A DNA stretch of 64,000 bases from Alphaproteobacteria bacterium (GCA_965229605.1 OZ245892.1:2506944-2570943), one strand, 5' to 3'; shown: positions 1 to 10,689, numbered from the stretch's first letter. Program-made: numbers and translations. The notes: a model not told the origin generated them from the sequence alone.

Positions 1-510
1 GAAGTTCAGGGCGAAACCGCTTTTAATCTGCCGGGCGGGAAGTTTACCTTGCGGGCGATTGCTGACCGGATTGATGTCTATAGTGATGGCACATTGCGTA
101 TTCTGGACTATAAGACCGGGCAGCCGCCAAGCATTAAACAGATCAAAACCCTGCGCGCCCCGCAGCTGATGCTGGAGGCTCTGATTGCTACCCGTGGAGG
201 CTTTGAAATGGTTGACTCGCAAGAGCCGGTTGCGGTTTCAATTCTGCCGATGTCGGGGCGACCTGAAGAGCGGGTTTCTATCCCGACCCTGGAAGACAAG
301 GAGGATAAAGCTGAATTTTCAACGGTTTTAAAGGACATTGAGGCGCGGTTGATTGAATGGGTTGGGTATTATGACCGGCCGGAGACGGGTTATCTGGCCA
401 ATCCGCCGCAAAGCACGTCTTATAAGGAGGATTTTACGCATTTGATTCGCCATGCCGAGTGGGGTCAGATCTCAGAGGACAGTTTTGACAGGGAGGGGGA
501 AGAGACATGA
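1..510 (+). CDS. addB: Double-strand break repair protein AddB, C-terminal PD-(D/E)xK nuclease domain (5' end outside window)
   Basis: Frame open from base 1; motifs ADRID, ILDYKTG and PQLMLEA; overlaps the addA start. Confidence 0.9.
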   Translation, partial: EVQGETAFNLPGGKFTLRAIADRIDVYSDGTLRILDYKTGQPPSIKQIKTLRAPQLMLEALIATRGGFEMVDSQEPVAVSILPMSGRPEERVSIPTLEDKEDKAEFSTVLKDIEARLIEWVGYYDRPETGYLANPPQSTSYKEDFTHLIRHAEWGQISEDSFDREGEET

Positions 511-3500
511 GCCATCCTTCTTCGCCTAAAAACAATACACATAAAAACTGGGCGCGTGAGACTCAAAGTCATATTTTTGTTGAAGCCAATGCCGGGTCGG
601 GCAAGACGACTATTCTGACGCGTCGTTTGCTGTCTTTGCTGCTGGAGGGGGTTGCTCCTTCGCGTTTGCTGGCCTTGACTTTTACCCGGGCGGCAGCTGG
701 CGAGATGCAGATCCGCTTGCAGGATGAGCTGGCGCGCTGGTGCCTGCTGGAGGATGAGGCCCTGGAAAAGACGCTTGACGAGATTGACGGGCAAGACCTG
801 TCTGGTAAGCCCCCCTTCAGCCCGGAAAAAAGAGCAGAACGGCTTGCCAAGGCTCGCCGTTTGTTTTCGCGGGTGCTTGATGCGCCGGGCGGGGTTCAGA
901 TCAGCACCTTTCATGCTTTTTGTGAGTCTTTGCTTAAACGTTTTCCGCTTGAGGCGAATGTCCCGCCTGATTTCACCATTCTGGAGCCCGCCGATGCGGA
1001 TAAATTGCTGAAAGAGGCCTGCAAGGATGTGATCGAAAGGGCCTTTATTCAGCAGGATTTGGGGAGTACAGGCGACCCGGAAAAAATTAAGCCGGAAAAA
1101 ATTAAGAAAGCTCTGGATCAGGTCAGTCTCTATCTGAGTGAAAAAGGCTTGATTGACCTGACCCGCAAGATCATGGGTCATCCGATGGAATCCGAAGGGG
1201 TTAATCGCGGCCCCGGGCAGGTTGAGGCCGAACGGTTAAAATCGGGTCTGAAGAAGTCGCTTGATTTAGACTCAAGCTTGCAAGCAGTGCCGACCTGGCA
1301 GGAAGCAGAGGCTGATTTTATCCAGCAGGTTCTTCCAGAAAACACGCAAAAAGCCCTGATGAGCCTGGCCAAAGCCATGCAGGACTATGGGTCAGACAGT
1401 GCCCAAAAGTTCGGGACGACGATTGAGGCCTTCTGGCGCAGCCCGCTTGCTGAACGCCAGCAGCTTTTATCTGCCTATCAGAATGTCTTTGTGACCGGAA
1501 ACGCCACCCCGCGCAAGACACTTAACAAAGATATTCGCGGGGATTGCCCTTCTGCAGATACGATTTTCCTTGAAGAATCCGAGCGTTTGCTTGCCTTTCA
1601 GCACTATCTTCATCGGCTTTGGGCCTATCATATGACAGCCGCCCTGATTGATCTGGTGCCGGGTATTTTTGAAGCCTATGGACAGAAGAAACTTGCCCGC
1701 GCTGCACTGGATTATAATGATCTGATCGCGCTTGCAGCACAGCTGATGGATGCAGACCGCGCCGCCTTTGTTCATTTCAAGCTCGATAAAGGCATTGATC
1801 ATATTCTGGTTGATGAGGCCCAGGACACCAACCCGGCGCAATGGCGGCTGGTCAATGCCTTGAGTGCGCCCTTTTTTGCTGAAGGGGGCCGGTCAGAGGG
1901 ACCGCGCACACTCTTTGTGGTTGGCGACCCCAAACAGAGTATTTACGGCTTTCAAGGGGTGAATGCGGCTTTGTTCGGGCAAAACCGCGATAAAACCGCC
2001 GAACTGGCCAGCGAAGCCGACCAACCTTTTCAGGACAAGCCGCTTATTCGCTCCTATCGCAGTCTGCCCGCCATCTTGAAGCTGGTTGATCATCTTTTCG
2101 CCGACCAACAGCAAGCCCTTTATCCTTCAGGAGAAAAATCTGCCCCTGAACATAGCCTGCCTGAAAATAGTGCATCTGCGCTTGTTCGCCATGAGGCCGT
2201 GCGTGCTGACGGGCCGGGACTGGTTGAAATATGGCCCCCGCTTCTGGCCCCGACATCCAGCCGGGATGATAGTGAAGAAGCCGGACAGCAGACTCCCTCC
2301 CGGCTGGCGGATTTATGCGACCGGGTGGCGGTCTATATCGAAGACTGGCTGGACAAGGCCTGGATTGTGAACCAGCATAAGGAAGCGTTGGCGCGCCGTC
2401 CGCATCCGGGCGATGTGATGATCCTGCTGAGGCGGCGGTCCCATTTTGTCCCGGCACTGACCCGGGCTTTGCAGGCCAGAGGCATTCCGGTGGCCGGGGC
2501 AGACCGGGTCCGGCTGGAAGATGAACTGGCGATAGCTGATGTGCTGGCCATTCTTGACTGGGTGATCATGCCAGAGGATGATTTGACGCTGGCGGCGATT
2601 CTGAAAAGCCCGTTTATCGGGCTGGATGAAGAAACATTGTTTAATCTGGCTCACCCGCGCAAAGGGTCTTTATGGGCGGAATTGGGGAAAAGCAAGCTTT
2701 CCGCGGTGACTGACTGGCTAGGACATTGGCTTGGCAAGGCTGACTATATGCTGCCCTATGATCTGATGCAGTCGATTCTGGATTCTCCAGCTCCTGTTCT
2801 TGGTTTTGAGGAAGGTTTAAGCGCGCGTTTAAGCGGACGGCAAGCCCTGATCCGCCGCCTTGGCCCCGCCATCGCTGATCCGCTGGATGAACTATTGGTT
2901 CAGGCTTTATCCTATGAAGAGAACCACGCGCCCTCCTTGCAAGGGTTTCTGTCCTGGTTCCGGCAAGGCGAAAGCGAGATCAAACGCGAAATCACCCGGG
3001 GTCAAGCGGTGCGCATTCTAACCGTTCATGCCGCCAAAGGGCTGGAAGCGCCGTTGGTTATTCTGCCCGATACAGTGCCGGAAAAATCCCCGAACGAGCC
3101 AAATCTGGACTGGATCAGCGATGATCAGACCCGCTTGAATATCCCGCTGTGGACGGTGCGCAAGAACAGGGCAAGCTCGCTTGGGGAAAGCCTGGAGGCC
3201 GAACGCACCAAACGCAATGCAGCCGAGCAGATGCGCTTGCTCTATGTCGCGATGACAAGGGCCACCGATTGCCTGCTCATCTGCGGACATGCGCGGCTCA
3301 AAAGAGAAGATGAAAAGAAAAAGAAAAATTTGCACCAGTTTTTTACCCGTGAGACTGGCGGCTGGCTGGGTCTGGCTTATGAAAAGATCGCCGGGCTGGA
3401 GGGGGCTGTTTCTTCTGTTTTTGAAGATGGGGACACCTTGGCTTTACTGCCGGACGGGTCGGATTATCAACGCTATTGTCTTGGCGCGCACACGCCCGCA

Positions 3501-4196
3501 CCGCTTGAGGCGCAAAAACACGCCGAAAGCAGCCTTGAGATGATCAGCGAGGCCACCCCTCAAAATGAATCTGTAAACTGGTCGCTTGCCACCCGATGGC
3601 TGAATGAAGACCCGCCCGTTGAACCGCCGCCTGCCCGTCCGCTGTCGCCAAGCTATGCCGGAAGAATAGACCAGCAAGAGTCCATCGCACCCATCCAGCA
3701 TATTCCGCGCACCGCCCGGTCTGACCGGTTTAAACGCGGGCAGGCCATCCATCAGCTTTTACAATATCTGCCTGATCTACCGGAAGATGTCCGTAAATCC
3801 CGCGCCGTGCGCTTTATGGAAAAGCATTTTCCTCAAATTGACGCACAAACAACTGTCGCAGAATGTCTGCGGCTGATCCATGATCCGGCCCTCGCGTTCT
3901 TATTTGGACCCAATAGCTGGCCCGAAGTCCGGGTTGGTGGCACCATCGAAACCAAAGCCGGCCCCCGGCTGGTCATCGGGCAGATCGACCGGCTGGCAAT
4001 AGGCGATGATATCCTGATTGCCGATTTTAAAAGCCTGCGCGATCCCCCACAAGATGAAGCCGCGATTCCCAAAGACTATATCGAACAAATGCGGCTTTAC
4101 CACGATCTGATGCAAACCACCTATCCCGAAAAACCCGTCAAAACCCTGCTTGTCTGGACCCAAACCCCCGCCGTCTCCTGGCTTGATTTTTCATAA
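507..4196 (+). CDS. addA: Double-strand break repair helicase/nuclease AddA (UvrD-type)
   Basis: Walker A EANAGSGKT, LTFTRAAA, HILVDEAQD, VGDPKQSIYGFQG, LTVHAAKGLE, LLYVAMTRA; C-terminal GQIDRL..ADFKS nuclease. Confidence 0.95.
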   Translation: MSHPSSPKNNTHKNWARETQSHIFVEANAGSGKTTILTRRLLSLLLEGVAPSRLLALTFTRAAAGEMQIRLQDELARWCLLEDEALEKTLDEIDGQDLSGKPPFSPEKRAERLAKARRLFSRVLDAPGGVQISTFHAFCESLLKRFPLEANVPPDFTILEPADADKLLKEACKDVIERAFIQQDLGSTGDPEKIKPEKIKKALDQVSLYLSEKGLIDLTRKIMGHPMESEGVNRGPGQVEAERLKSGLKKSLDLDSSLQAVPTWQEAEADFIQQVLPENTQKALMSLAKAMQDYGSDSAQKFGTTIEAFWRSPLAERQQLLSAYQNVFVTGNATPRKTLNKDIRGDCPSADTIFLEESERLLAFQHYLHRLWAYHMTAALIDLVPGIFEAYGQKKLARAALDYNDLIALAAQLMDADRAAFVHFKLDKGIDHILVDEAQDTNPAQWRLVNALSAPFFAEGGRSEGPRTLFVVGDPKQSIYGFQGVNAALFGQNRDKTAELASEADQPFQDKPLIRSYRSLPAILKLVDHLFADQQQALYPSGEKSAPEHSLPENSASALVRHEAVRADGPGLVEIWPPLLAPTSSRDDSEEAGQQTPSRLADLCDRVAVYIEDWLDKAWIVNQHKEALARRPHPGDVMILLRRRSHFVPALTRALQARGIPVAGADRVRLEDELAIADVLAILDWVIMPEDDLTLAAILKSPFIGLDEETLFNLAHPRKGSLWAELGKSKLSAVTDWLGHWLGKADYMLPYDLMQSILDSPAPVLGFEEGLSARLSGRQALIRRLGPAIADPLDELLVQALSYEENHAPSLQGFLSWFRQGESEIKREITRGQAVRILTVHAAKGLEAPLVILPDTVPEKSPNEPNLDWISDDQTRLNIPLWTVRKNRASSLGESLEAERTKRNAAEQMRLLYVAMTRATDCLLICGHARLKREDEKKKKNLHQFFTRETGGWLGLAYEKIAGLEGAVSSVFEDGDTLALLPDGSDYQRYCLGAHTPAPLEAQKHAESSLEMISEATPQNESVNWSLATRWLNEDPPVEPPPARPLSPSYAGRIDQQESIAPIQHIPRTARSDRFKRGQAIHQLLQYLPDLPEDVRKSRAVRFMEKHFPQIDAQTTVAECLRLIHDPALAFLFGPNSWPEVRVGGTIETKAGPRLVIGQIDRLAIGDDILIADFKSLRDPPQDEAAIPKDYIEQMRLYHDLMQTTYPEKPVKTLLVWTQTPAVSWLDFS

Positions 4197-4313
4197 ACCC
4201 GTATTTTTCAAAAGATTTATGCACATACCCGCACCTTTCTTGTTTTAGTGATCATTATGCAACAGTGCGTGGCGGCGATTGTGATGAATAAACCTTACAT
4301 ACACGCCCAAGCC

Positions 4314-4347
4314 TTGAGAAAATATATCAATTTTGTTATTTTTAACC
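4314..4347 (+). promoter_or_regulatory. Putative sigma70 promoter and antitoxin operator for a near-leaderless toxin transcript
   Basis: TTGAGA-17 nt-TATTTT ends 5 nt before ATG 4348; imperfect palindrome ATATCAA..TTGTTAT in the spacer. Confidence 0.4.
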
Positions 4348-4674
4348 ATGAAATGGAAAGTAGAGACTTTAAATAAGACTGTTGATAAAGAAATCGCGGG
4401 CCTCAGTTCTTCCATGAAGGCAAGATTCTTGCGCATTTCAGAAATGCTGGAGGAATTTGGACCTGCTCGCGTCAAAGAACCCTATGTCAAATATCTTGGC
4501 GATTATCTCTGGGAAATGCGTTTACGAGGAAATGACGGAATTGCGCGGGTCATCTACGTTACTGCAAAAAAACAAAGAATCATTGTTTTACATGCTTTTA
4601 TCAAGAAAACCCAAAAGACCCCACGCTCTGCTATCAAAATGGCTCTAAAAAGAAAACAGGATATAAACCCATGA
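4348..4674 (+). CDS. higB: Type II toxin, RelE/HigB (Gp49-like) family
   Basis: LWEMR..G..GIARVIY, IIVLHAFIKKTQKTP; toxin-first order with a 4-nt overlap onto an HTH gene. Confidence 0.85.
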   Translation: MKWKVETLNKTVDKEIAGLSSSMKARFLRISEMLEEFGPARVKEPYVKYLGDYLWEMRLRGNDGIARVIYVTAKKQRIIVLHAFIKKTQKTPRSAIKMALKRKQDINP

Positions 4675-4946
4675 CAAAACTTGCAGACTTAAAAGAACAA
4701 TGGATGAATAGCCCTGATTTTGTTAAGGAATATGAGAATTTAGCCTCTGAGTTTAATTTGGCTTCTTCGTTAATCCGCGCCAGAGCCGCCGCAAATCTAA
4801 CTCAGGAGGACGTTGCCAAACGCATGGGCACAAGCCAGTCGGCTATCGCCCGGCTGGAAAGCGGTCACCGCCCTTCATTAAAAAGCCTGCGTCGCTATGC
4901 CGCTGCAGTTGGGCATAAGGTTGAAATTCGCCTAACCGCCGATTAA
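4671..4946 (+). CDS. higA: XRE/HTH antitoxin (HigA-like)
   Basis: LIRARAAANLTQEDVAKRMGTSQSAIARLESG helix-turn-helix; coupled to the toxin. Confidence 0.85.
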   Translation: MTKLADLKEQWMNSPDFVKEYENLASEFNLASSLIRARAAANLTQEDVAKRMGTSQSAIARLESGHRPSLKSLRRYAAAVGHKVEIRLTAD

Positions 4947-4974
4947 GGGGCTTCTCCAGCGTTTTTCCGAGAAA

Positions 4975-5457
4975 CTAGCGATACACACCGGCGGTGATAA
5001 ATTCTGAGAAGGCTTCACACCAGATAAGGGCGGTTGTATAGTCTGAAAGGTCGACATCGGCGGGCATATCGAGGATAAATCCGTCGAAGGTTTTGACATC
5101 TCCGATATAGCGGGCGGTGGATTTGATCGGCAGGAATTCGTCTTCATGGTCGACGAATTGATCGACCAGATAGAGTTTATAGTCGGGGCCGGGAGACAGT
5201 TTTCCTTGATAGACGACCTGGCTTTGCGTGAGGCTGAGTGTGCCTTCGCCCCAATGCAGAAAGTCACTGCCTTTTAAATCGCGGACGAATTCGGTTTTAA
5301 ATTCAGCTTCTTTGGCTTTTTCTTCAATGATGGCGGAGTCCGGTGCGGACGGGGCTTGCAAAATAGGCAGCATATAGACCCCGAGTGCAAATCCGGCGAC
5401 AAGAGTGATGCCATGGGTTGTCAGAAGCAAGAGAAAGCGTTTCATGATTTTATTCAT
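4975..5457 (-). CDS. DM13 domain-containing membrane-anchored protein
   Basis: N-terminal TM; DFLHWGEG, GPDYKLYL, IWCEAFSEFI typical of DM13. Confidence 0.8.
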   Translation of the reverse strand: MNKIMKRFLLLLTTHGITLVAGFALGVYMLPILQAPSAPDSAIIEEKAKEAEFKTEFVRDLKGSDFLHWGEGTLSLTQSQVVYQGKLSPGPDYKLYLVDQFVDHEDEFLPIKSTARYIGDVKTFDGFILDMPADVDLSDYTTALIWCEAFSEFITAGVYR

Positions 5458-5569
5458 TAAATGACCACTGTTATTTTTGATCTTTTAGGCCATTCAGGCG
5501 GTCGAGACAAGACAGCCGTTTTGCGCTGTGTTGCTTGCACCTGCCTGCACTCCATGGCAGATTAACCGG

Positions 5570-6742
5570 ATGAACGCAGAAAAGACGCAGGTTTTGATTA
5601 TCGGTGGCGGGCCGTCGGGTCTGCTGTTAAGTGCGCTTTTGGCAAAATCGGGCATTGAGTCGATTGTGCTGGAGCAGCGCACGCGCGATTATGTGCTGTC
5701 GCGCATTCGCGCCGGTATTCTGGAGCAGGGATTTGTCGGCTTATTGCGTGAAGTCGGGCTTGCTGACCGGATGCAGCGCGAAGGATTTCGCCATAAAGGC
5801 ATCGCTATTTCTTATGCGGATCGTTTCTTCTCGATTGATTTTGAAAAGCTGATCGGGTCGCATGTGATAGTCTATGGCCAGACCGAGGTCACGCGTGATC
5901 TCTATGCGGCCCACGAAGAGCGGGAAACCGGAATCTATTTCAATGTCACGGAGGTTGAAATTCACGCGATTGACGCATCGCCGTCTGTGACCTTCAGGCA
6001 GGGCGAGAAATCGCATGAAATTCAGGCTGACTTTATCGCCGGATGTGACGGGTTTCACGGGGTTTCCCGCCAGCATATTCCAAAAGCTGTCCAGAATATT
6101 TTTGAAAAGACCTATCCTTTTGGCTGGCTTGGCATCCTCAGCGAGACCCCGCCTGTCCATGAAGAACTGATCTATGCCTGCTCACCGCAAGGATTTGCCC
6201 TTTGTTCCATGCGCAATCAAAATCTGTCGCGCTATTATATTCAGGTCGAACAGTCAGACCGGGTTGAAAACTGGTCTGATCACGCCTTTTGGGATGCATT
6301 ACAAACACGGCTGCCGCCGATGATCGCTGACAAACTGATCACCGGTCCTTCTATTGAAAAGTCGATTGCGCCTTTGCGGTCTTTTGTCTGTGCGCCAATG
6401 TCTTATGGTCGTTTGTTTCTGTGCGGGGATGCGGCCCATATCGTCCCGCCAACCGGAGCCAAGGGTCTGAATACCGCCGGATCAGATGTCTATTATCTCT
6501 GGCACGCCTTGATGGACTATTATCGAGGCGATGAAGAGGCTCTGATAGATTATTCGGACAAGGCTCTGAGCCGGGTCTGGAAAGCCGCGCGTTTTAGCTG
6601 GTGGATGACTCATCTTTTACATCGATTCCCGAATCAATCGGCCTTTGATGACCAGATACAACAGGCCGAGCTGGCCTATTTGCAATCCAGCCCGGCAGCG
6701 CAAGCGGCCTTGGCAGAAAATTATGTGGGGCTTCCTTATTAG
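5570..6742 (+). CDS. pobA: 4-hydroxybenzoate 3-monooxygenase
   Basis: IIGGGPSGL, SRIRAGILEQG, YGQTEVTRDL, GCDGFHGVSR, GDAAHIVPPTGAKGLN, ENYVGLPY. Confidence 0.95.
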   Translation: MNAEKTQVLIIGGGPSGLLLSALLAKSGIESIVLEQRTRDYVLSRIRAGILEQGFVGLLREVGLADRMQREGFRHKGIAISYADRFFSIDFEKLIGSHVIVYGQTEVTRDLYAAHEERETGIYFNVTEVEIHAIDASPSVTFRQGEKSHEIQADFIAGCDGFHGVSRQHIPKAVQNIFEKTYPFGWLGILSETPPVHEELIYACSPQGFALCSMRNQNLSRYYIQVEQSDRVENWSDHAFWDALQTRLPPMIADKLITGPSIEKSIAPLRSFVCAPMSYGRLFLCGDAAHIVPPTGAKGLNTAGSDVYYLWHALMDYYRGDEEALIDYSDKALSRVWKAARFSWWMTHLLHRFPNQSAFDDQIQQAELAYLQSSPAAQAALAENYVGLPY

Positions 6743-6829
6743 GGTTTATTATTAAGCGTTATTGGGGAGAGCGACTTAATCAAACAGGCTGATTGACGGG
6801 ATTCTGCAGATTCCCTATAAGTCCGTTGA

Positions 6830-8002
6830 TTGGCTGAACTATATCCTGACCCTGACATCATGCAAGAACATAAACGGCCTGAAAAGCCGGGTCAAAAACC
6901 CGCCTGCCCGCATTTTTCATCTGGCCCCTGCGCCAAACCGCCGGGCTGGACGGTCGATCATCTGAAACAGGCCATCCTTGGTCGGTCGCATCGCGGGGCC
7001 GAAGCCAAAGACCGGTTGCGTCAGGTGATTGACCAGTCAAAAAATCTTTTGTCTATTCCCGATGACTGGGTTGTGGGGATTGTCCCGGCCTCCGACACCG
7101 GGGCGGTTGAAATGGCCCTCTGGTCCCTGATTGGAGAGCGCGGAGTCGATGTCCTCAGCTTTGACAGTTTCAGCCACGACTGGGCGATTGATCTGCAAGA
7201 CCAGCTGAAACCGCTTGATCTTCATATTCACGCTGCCGATTATGGCGAATTGCCTGATTTAAAAGACATTAACCCGGCCCGCGATTTTGTCCTCACCTGG
7301 AATGGCACCACCAGCGGCGTGGTCTTTCCAGAACAGGACTTGCCAGCCGGGCATCATGAACAGGGGTCGCTGGTGATTTGTGATGCAACATCGGCCGTCT
7401 TTGCCTATGATCTGCCCTGGTCGCGGCTGGATGTCGTCACCTGGTCCTGGCAAAAAATCCTGGGCGGCGAGGCCGCGCACGGGATGCTGGCCCTGTCGCC
7501 GCGTGCGGTGGCTCGGCTGACGTCCTATACCCCGTCCTGGCCGATTCCCAAAATCTTCCGCATGACCAGAAATGGCAAGCTGATTGACGGGTTGTTCAAA
7601 GGGGAAACGATCAATACTCCCTCCATGCTTTGTGTTGAGGATGTGCTTTATGCGCTGTCCTGGGTTGAGCAGATTGGCGGACTTCCGGCGACCATGGAAC
7701 GCAGCCAGCAAAATCTTGATATCATCAGCGACTGGGTGGCTGAACGCGACTGGATTGATTTTCTGGCGAAAGATGAAAGAATCCGCTCGCGCACCGCGAT
7801 TTGTCTTGAACTCCATCAGGCTGATCCAAAAGCGATTTCTTCCTTGCTGGCCAAGGAAGGGGTGGCGTTTGACATCAATAGCTATCGCACTGCGCCGCCC
7901 GGTTTTCGCTTGTGGGGCGGGGCCACGGTGGAGCCTGAAGACACCCGGCTTTTGCTGCCCTGGATTGACTGGGCCTATCATCATCTATCCAGTATAACTT
8001 GA
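6830..8002 (+). CDS. serC: Phosphoserine aminotransferase (alphaproteobacterial/Methanosarcina type)
   Basis: FSSGPCAK, GRSHR, PASDTGAVEMALWS, NGTTSGV, DATSA, SWQK, TINTPSML; directly upstream of serA. Confidence 0.95.
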   Translation: MAELYPDPDIMQEHKRPEKPGQKPACPHFSSGPCAKPPGWTVDHLKQAILGRSHRGAEAKDRLRQVIDQSKNLLSIPDDWVVGIVPASDTGAVEMALWSLIGERGVDVLSFDSFSHDWAIDLQDQLKPLDLHIHAADYGELPDLKDINPARDFVLTWNGTTSGVVFPEQDLPAGHHEQGSLVICDATSAVFAYDLPWSRLDVVTWSWQKILGGEAAHGMLALSPRAVARLTSYTPSWPIPKIFRMTRNGKLIDGLFKGETINTPSMLCVEDVLYALSWVEQIGGLPATMERSQQNLDIISDWVAERDWIDFLAKDERIRSRTAICLELHQADPKAISSLLAKEGVAFDINSYRTAPPGFRLWGGATVEPEDTRLLLPWIDWAYHHLSSIT

Positions 8003-8014
8003 CGATAAACGGAT

Positions 8015-9610
8015 ATGACCATGAATAAAATTCTGATTGCAGATAAACTCAGCGATGGCGTTTTGGATATTTTTGCCAAGCGCGGCATTGAAGCCGAAAT
8101 GCGCACCGGGCTGCAAGAGGACGAGCTGATCGCTTGCATCGGAGGCTATGATGGCTTGGTTGTGCGCTCGATGACCCAGGTCACTGCCTCTATTATCGAG
8201 GCGGGGAAGCAAGGCCGGTTAAAGGTGATCGGGCGGGCCGGGGCCGGGGTGGATAATATTGATGCCTCGGCGGCAACAGCAGCAGGCATGATTGTCATGA
8301 ATACGCCGGGCGGCAATTCAATCACGACAGCCGAACATGCGCTGGCCATGATGATGGCTCTGGCCCGCAAGATTCCGGCGGCTGATGCCTCGATGCGCAG
8401 CGGCAAATGGGAAAAATCAAAATTTATGGGCAACGAGCTTTACGGCAAAACCCTTGGCCTGGTCGGGGTTGGTAAAATTGGGGCCTTGGTTGCCGAACGC
8501 GCCCGCGGGCTGGGCATGGATGTTATCGGCTATGATCCCATGCTCAATGACGAACGCAGCCAGGCCTTGCGCATTACCTCGGTCGCGTTTGACGATTTGC
8601 TCTCCAGGTCCGATGTTATTTCTATCCATGCGCCCTCAACCGAACAAACCCGAAATATGATCAATGAAAAAACCCTGGCACGCTGCAAAGAAGGCGCGCT
8701 GCTGATCAACTGTGCACGTGGAGAAATCGTTGACCCGGCTGCCCTTGCCGCATCCTTGAACAACGGGCATCTGGCCGGGGCGGCGCTTGATGTCTATCCC
8801 GAAGAACCGCCGCCTGCCGACTTTCCCTTGCGGGAATGTTCCAATGTCATTTTAACGCCACACCTCGGAGCCTCGACCATCGAAGCGCAGGAAAAAGTCG
8901 GCGTTCAACTGGCTCACCAGATGGCCGACTATCTTGACAGCGGCACCATCGTCAATGCCACAAATATGCCCTCAATCGCCGCAGAGGAAATGAAAATCCT
9001 CAGACCCTATATGGTGCTCTGCGAAAAACTGGGCAGTTTTGCCGGGCAACTCACCCAGAATCCTATCCGTCTGATCGGGATCGAATATTGCGGAAAAGCC
9101 TGTGAACTGACACAAGACCCGCTCAATCATGTGCTGGTCGCCAGTCTGCTCCGCCCCTTCCTTAAAGATATCAATATGGTCAATGCCTTGCAGGTGGCCG
9201 AGGCTCAGAAAATCAAACTCACAATCAGCGACTGTAAAAACTTGCTGGAGCGCGAAAATCAAATCCGCCTGACCGTCAATACCCCCGGCGGAGACCGCAG
9301 CATCGCCGGGACTCTGATCGAAGGCAAATATCCTCGCGTGACCGAGATCAAAGGCATTAAAATTGAACTCGAAATGGAAGGGCCAATGCTCTATATTGCC
9401 AATCGTGACAAGCCGCGGCTGGTTGGCCAGATCGGCACAATTCTTGGCGAAGCCGACATCAATATCGGGCATTTTTCTCTGGGTCGCCAAGATAAAGGGC
9501 AGGATGCGCTGGCGGTTCTGTCGCTTGATTCACACCCCGACGAGGCCATACTTGAACAACTGCGGCAGCTTGAAAATGTGACGCATGTGATCGCGCTTGA
9601 TATTCCCTAG
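8015..9610 (+). CDS. serA: D-3-phosphoglycerate dehydrogenase with ASB and ACT domains
   Basis: GRAGAGVDNID, NTPGGNSITTAEHA, GVGKIG, INCARG, TPHLGAST, C-terminal ACT (NRDKP..INIG). Confidence 0.95.
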   Translation: MTMNKILIADKLSDGVLDIFAKRGIEAEMRTGLQEDELIACIGGYDGLVVRSMTQVTASIIEAGKQGRLKVIGRAGAGVDNIDASAATAAGMIVMNTPGGNSITTAEHALAMMMALARKIPAADASMRSGKWEKSKFMGNELYGKTLGLVGVGKIGALVAERARGLGMDVIGYDPMLNDERSQALRITSVAFDDLLSRSDVISIHAPSTEQTRNMINEKTLARCKEGALLINCARGEIVDPAALAASLNNGHLAGAALDVYPEEPPPADFPLRECSNVILTPHLGASTIEAQEKVGVQLAHQMADYLDSGTIVNATNMPSIAAEEMKILRPYMVLCEKLGSFAGQLTQNPIRLIGIEYCGKACELTQDPLNHVLVASLLRPFLKDINMVNALQVAEAQKIKLTISDCKNLLERENQIRLTVNTPGGDRSIAGTLIEGKYPRVTEIKGIKIELEMEGPMLYIANRDKPRLVGQIGTILGEADINIGHFSLGRQDKGQDALAVLSLDSHPDEAILEQLRQLENVTHVIALDIP

Positions 9611-9623
9611 AGATTGGAGGGTT

Positions 9624-10451
9624 ATGCGCTTTTCTTTTCTTTATAGTCTTCTGCTGGTTGGTTTTGCAGGATTTGGGTTGGGTGCTGACCCGCTTTTTGC
9701 ACAGGATAGCGGCGATTCTACGGGTGATCCTATCCAGATTGAGGCCGAAGGCGGCATTGACTGGTTTCGTGATGAAAAGAAATACGAAGCCCGGGTCAAT
9801 GCCATTGCCAGTCGCGGTGACCTGCGCATTCGGGCTGACCGTCTGACCGCTTATTATGATGATAGCGGAGAACGCACCCTGATCACCCGGATCGAGGCGG
9901 TGGGACGCGTTATCCTCACCCAGGGCGAAACCCGCGCCGAAGGGGATCGCGGCACCTATCATATTGATCAAAAGCGGGCTTTTCTGATTGGAAGGAACCT
10001 GCAAATCAGCAATTTAAGCGGCGTGATTATGGCCGATGACAGTCTGGAGTACTGGGAACAAAAAGGCGTTGCAATTGCCCGGGGTCAGGCGCTGGTTATT
10101 CAGAACGAAAATCGCCTGCAAGCCGGAACCCTCACCGCTTTTATTGATCCTGCCCAGACCAATGCAAACGAGGAAAATGCTGACCCAAAACGCCCGGAAA
10201 CCCAGATCACCCGTATTGATGCCGAAGACGGCGTGCATCTTTCAACGCCCGAAGAAATCGTCATTGCCAATGAAGGCGTCTATGATATGGTCGCCCAGAC
10301 CGTGCGCATGTGCGGAGATGTCAAGGTTACCCGGGCCGGAAATCTGGTCACCGGAAATTGTGCCTTTGTTGATCTTGAAACCGGTAAAAGCCGCCTTGAA
10401 AGCGGGCCCGATGGCGAAAAAGTTAAAGGACTGATCCTGCCAGCCAGCTAA
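9624..10451 (+). CDS. lptA: LptA/OstA-family LPS transport periplasmic protein (two OstA-like halves)
   Basis: GGAGG SD before ATG; signal peptide; PIQIEAE, IRADRL, duplicated ITRIEAVGRV/ITRIDAEDGV. Confidence 0.75.
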   Translation: MRFSFLYSLLLVGFAGFGLGADPLFAQDSGDSTGDPIQIEAEGGIDWFRDEKKYEARVNAIASRGDLRIRADRLTAYYDDSGERTLITRIEAVGRVILTQGETRAEGDRGTYHIDQKRAFLIGRNLQISNLSGVIMADDSLEYWEQKGVAIARGQALVIQNENRLQAGTLTAFIDPAQTNANEENADPKRPETQITRIDAEDGVHLSTPEEIVIANEGVYDMVAQTVRMCGDVKVTRAGNLVTGNCAFVDLETGKSRLESGPDGEKVKGLILPAS

Positions 10452-10614
10452 TCAGGTTAAGGGCCAGCACTCAGAGCCAGTGTTTAGGGCCAGGCCATGC
10501 AAGCAGAGCCAACAGGCTTATTGTCAAGCGCGGGGGTTTATGTCATAAGCGCGCACTGTTAAGTTATGTGGCTCAAGGCTGTTATATTATATAGCTCAAG
10601 GCTGCTACCAATAC

Positions 10615-10689
10615 GCTGCCGTAGCTCAGGGGTAGAGCACTCCCTTGGTAAGGGAGAGGCCGGGAGTTCGATCCTCCCCGGCAGCACCA
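10615..10689 (+). tRNA. tRNA-Thr (anticodon GGT)
   Basis: Acceptor stem GCTGCCG/CGGCAGC plus ACCA; D arm TAGCTCAGGGGTAGAGC; anticodon arm CTCCC-TTGGTAA-GGGAG; T loop GTTCGATC. Confidence 0.97.

Noticed and set aside
7259-7984. Long antisense ORFs (also 465-1181, 27631-28353, 30737-31342)
   Set aside because: Shadow frames opposite confident genes
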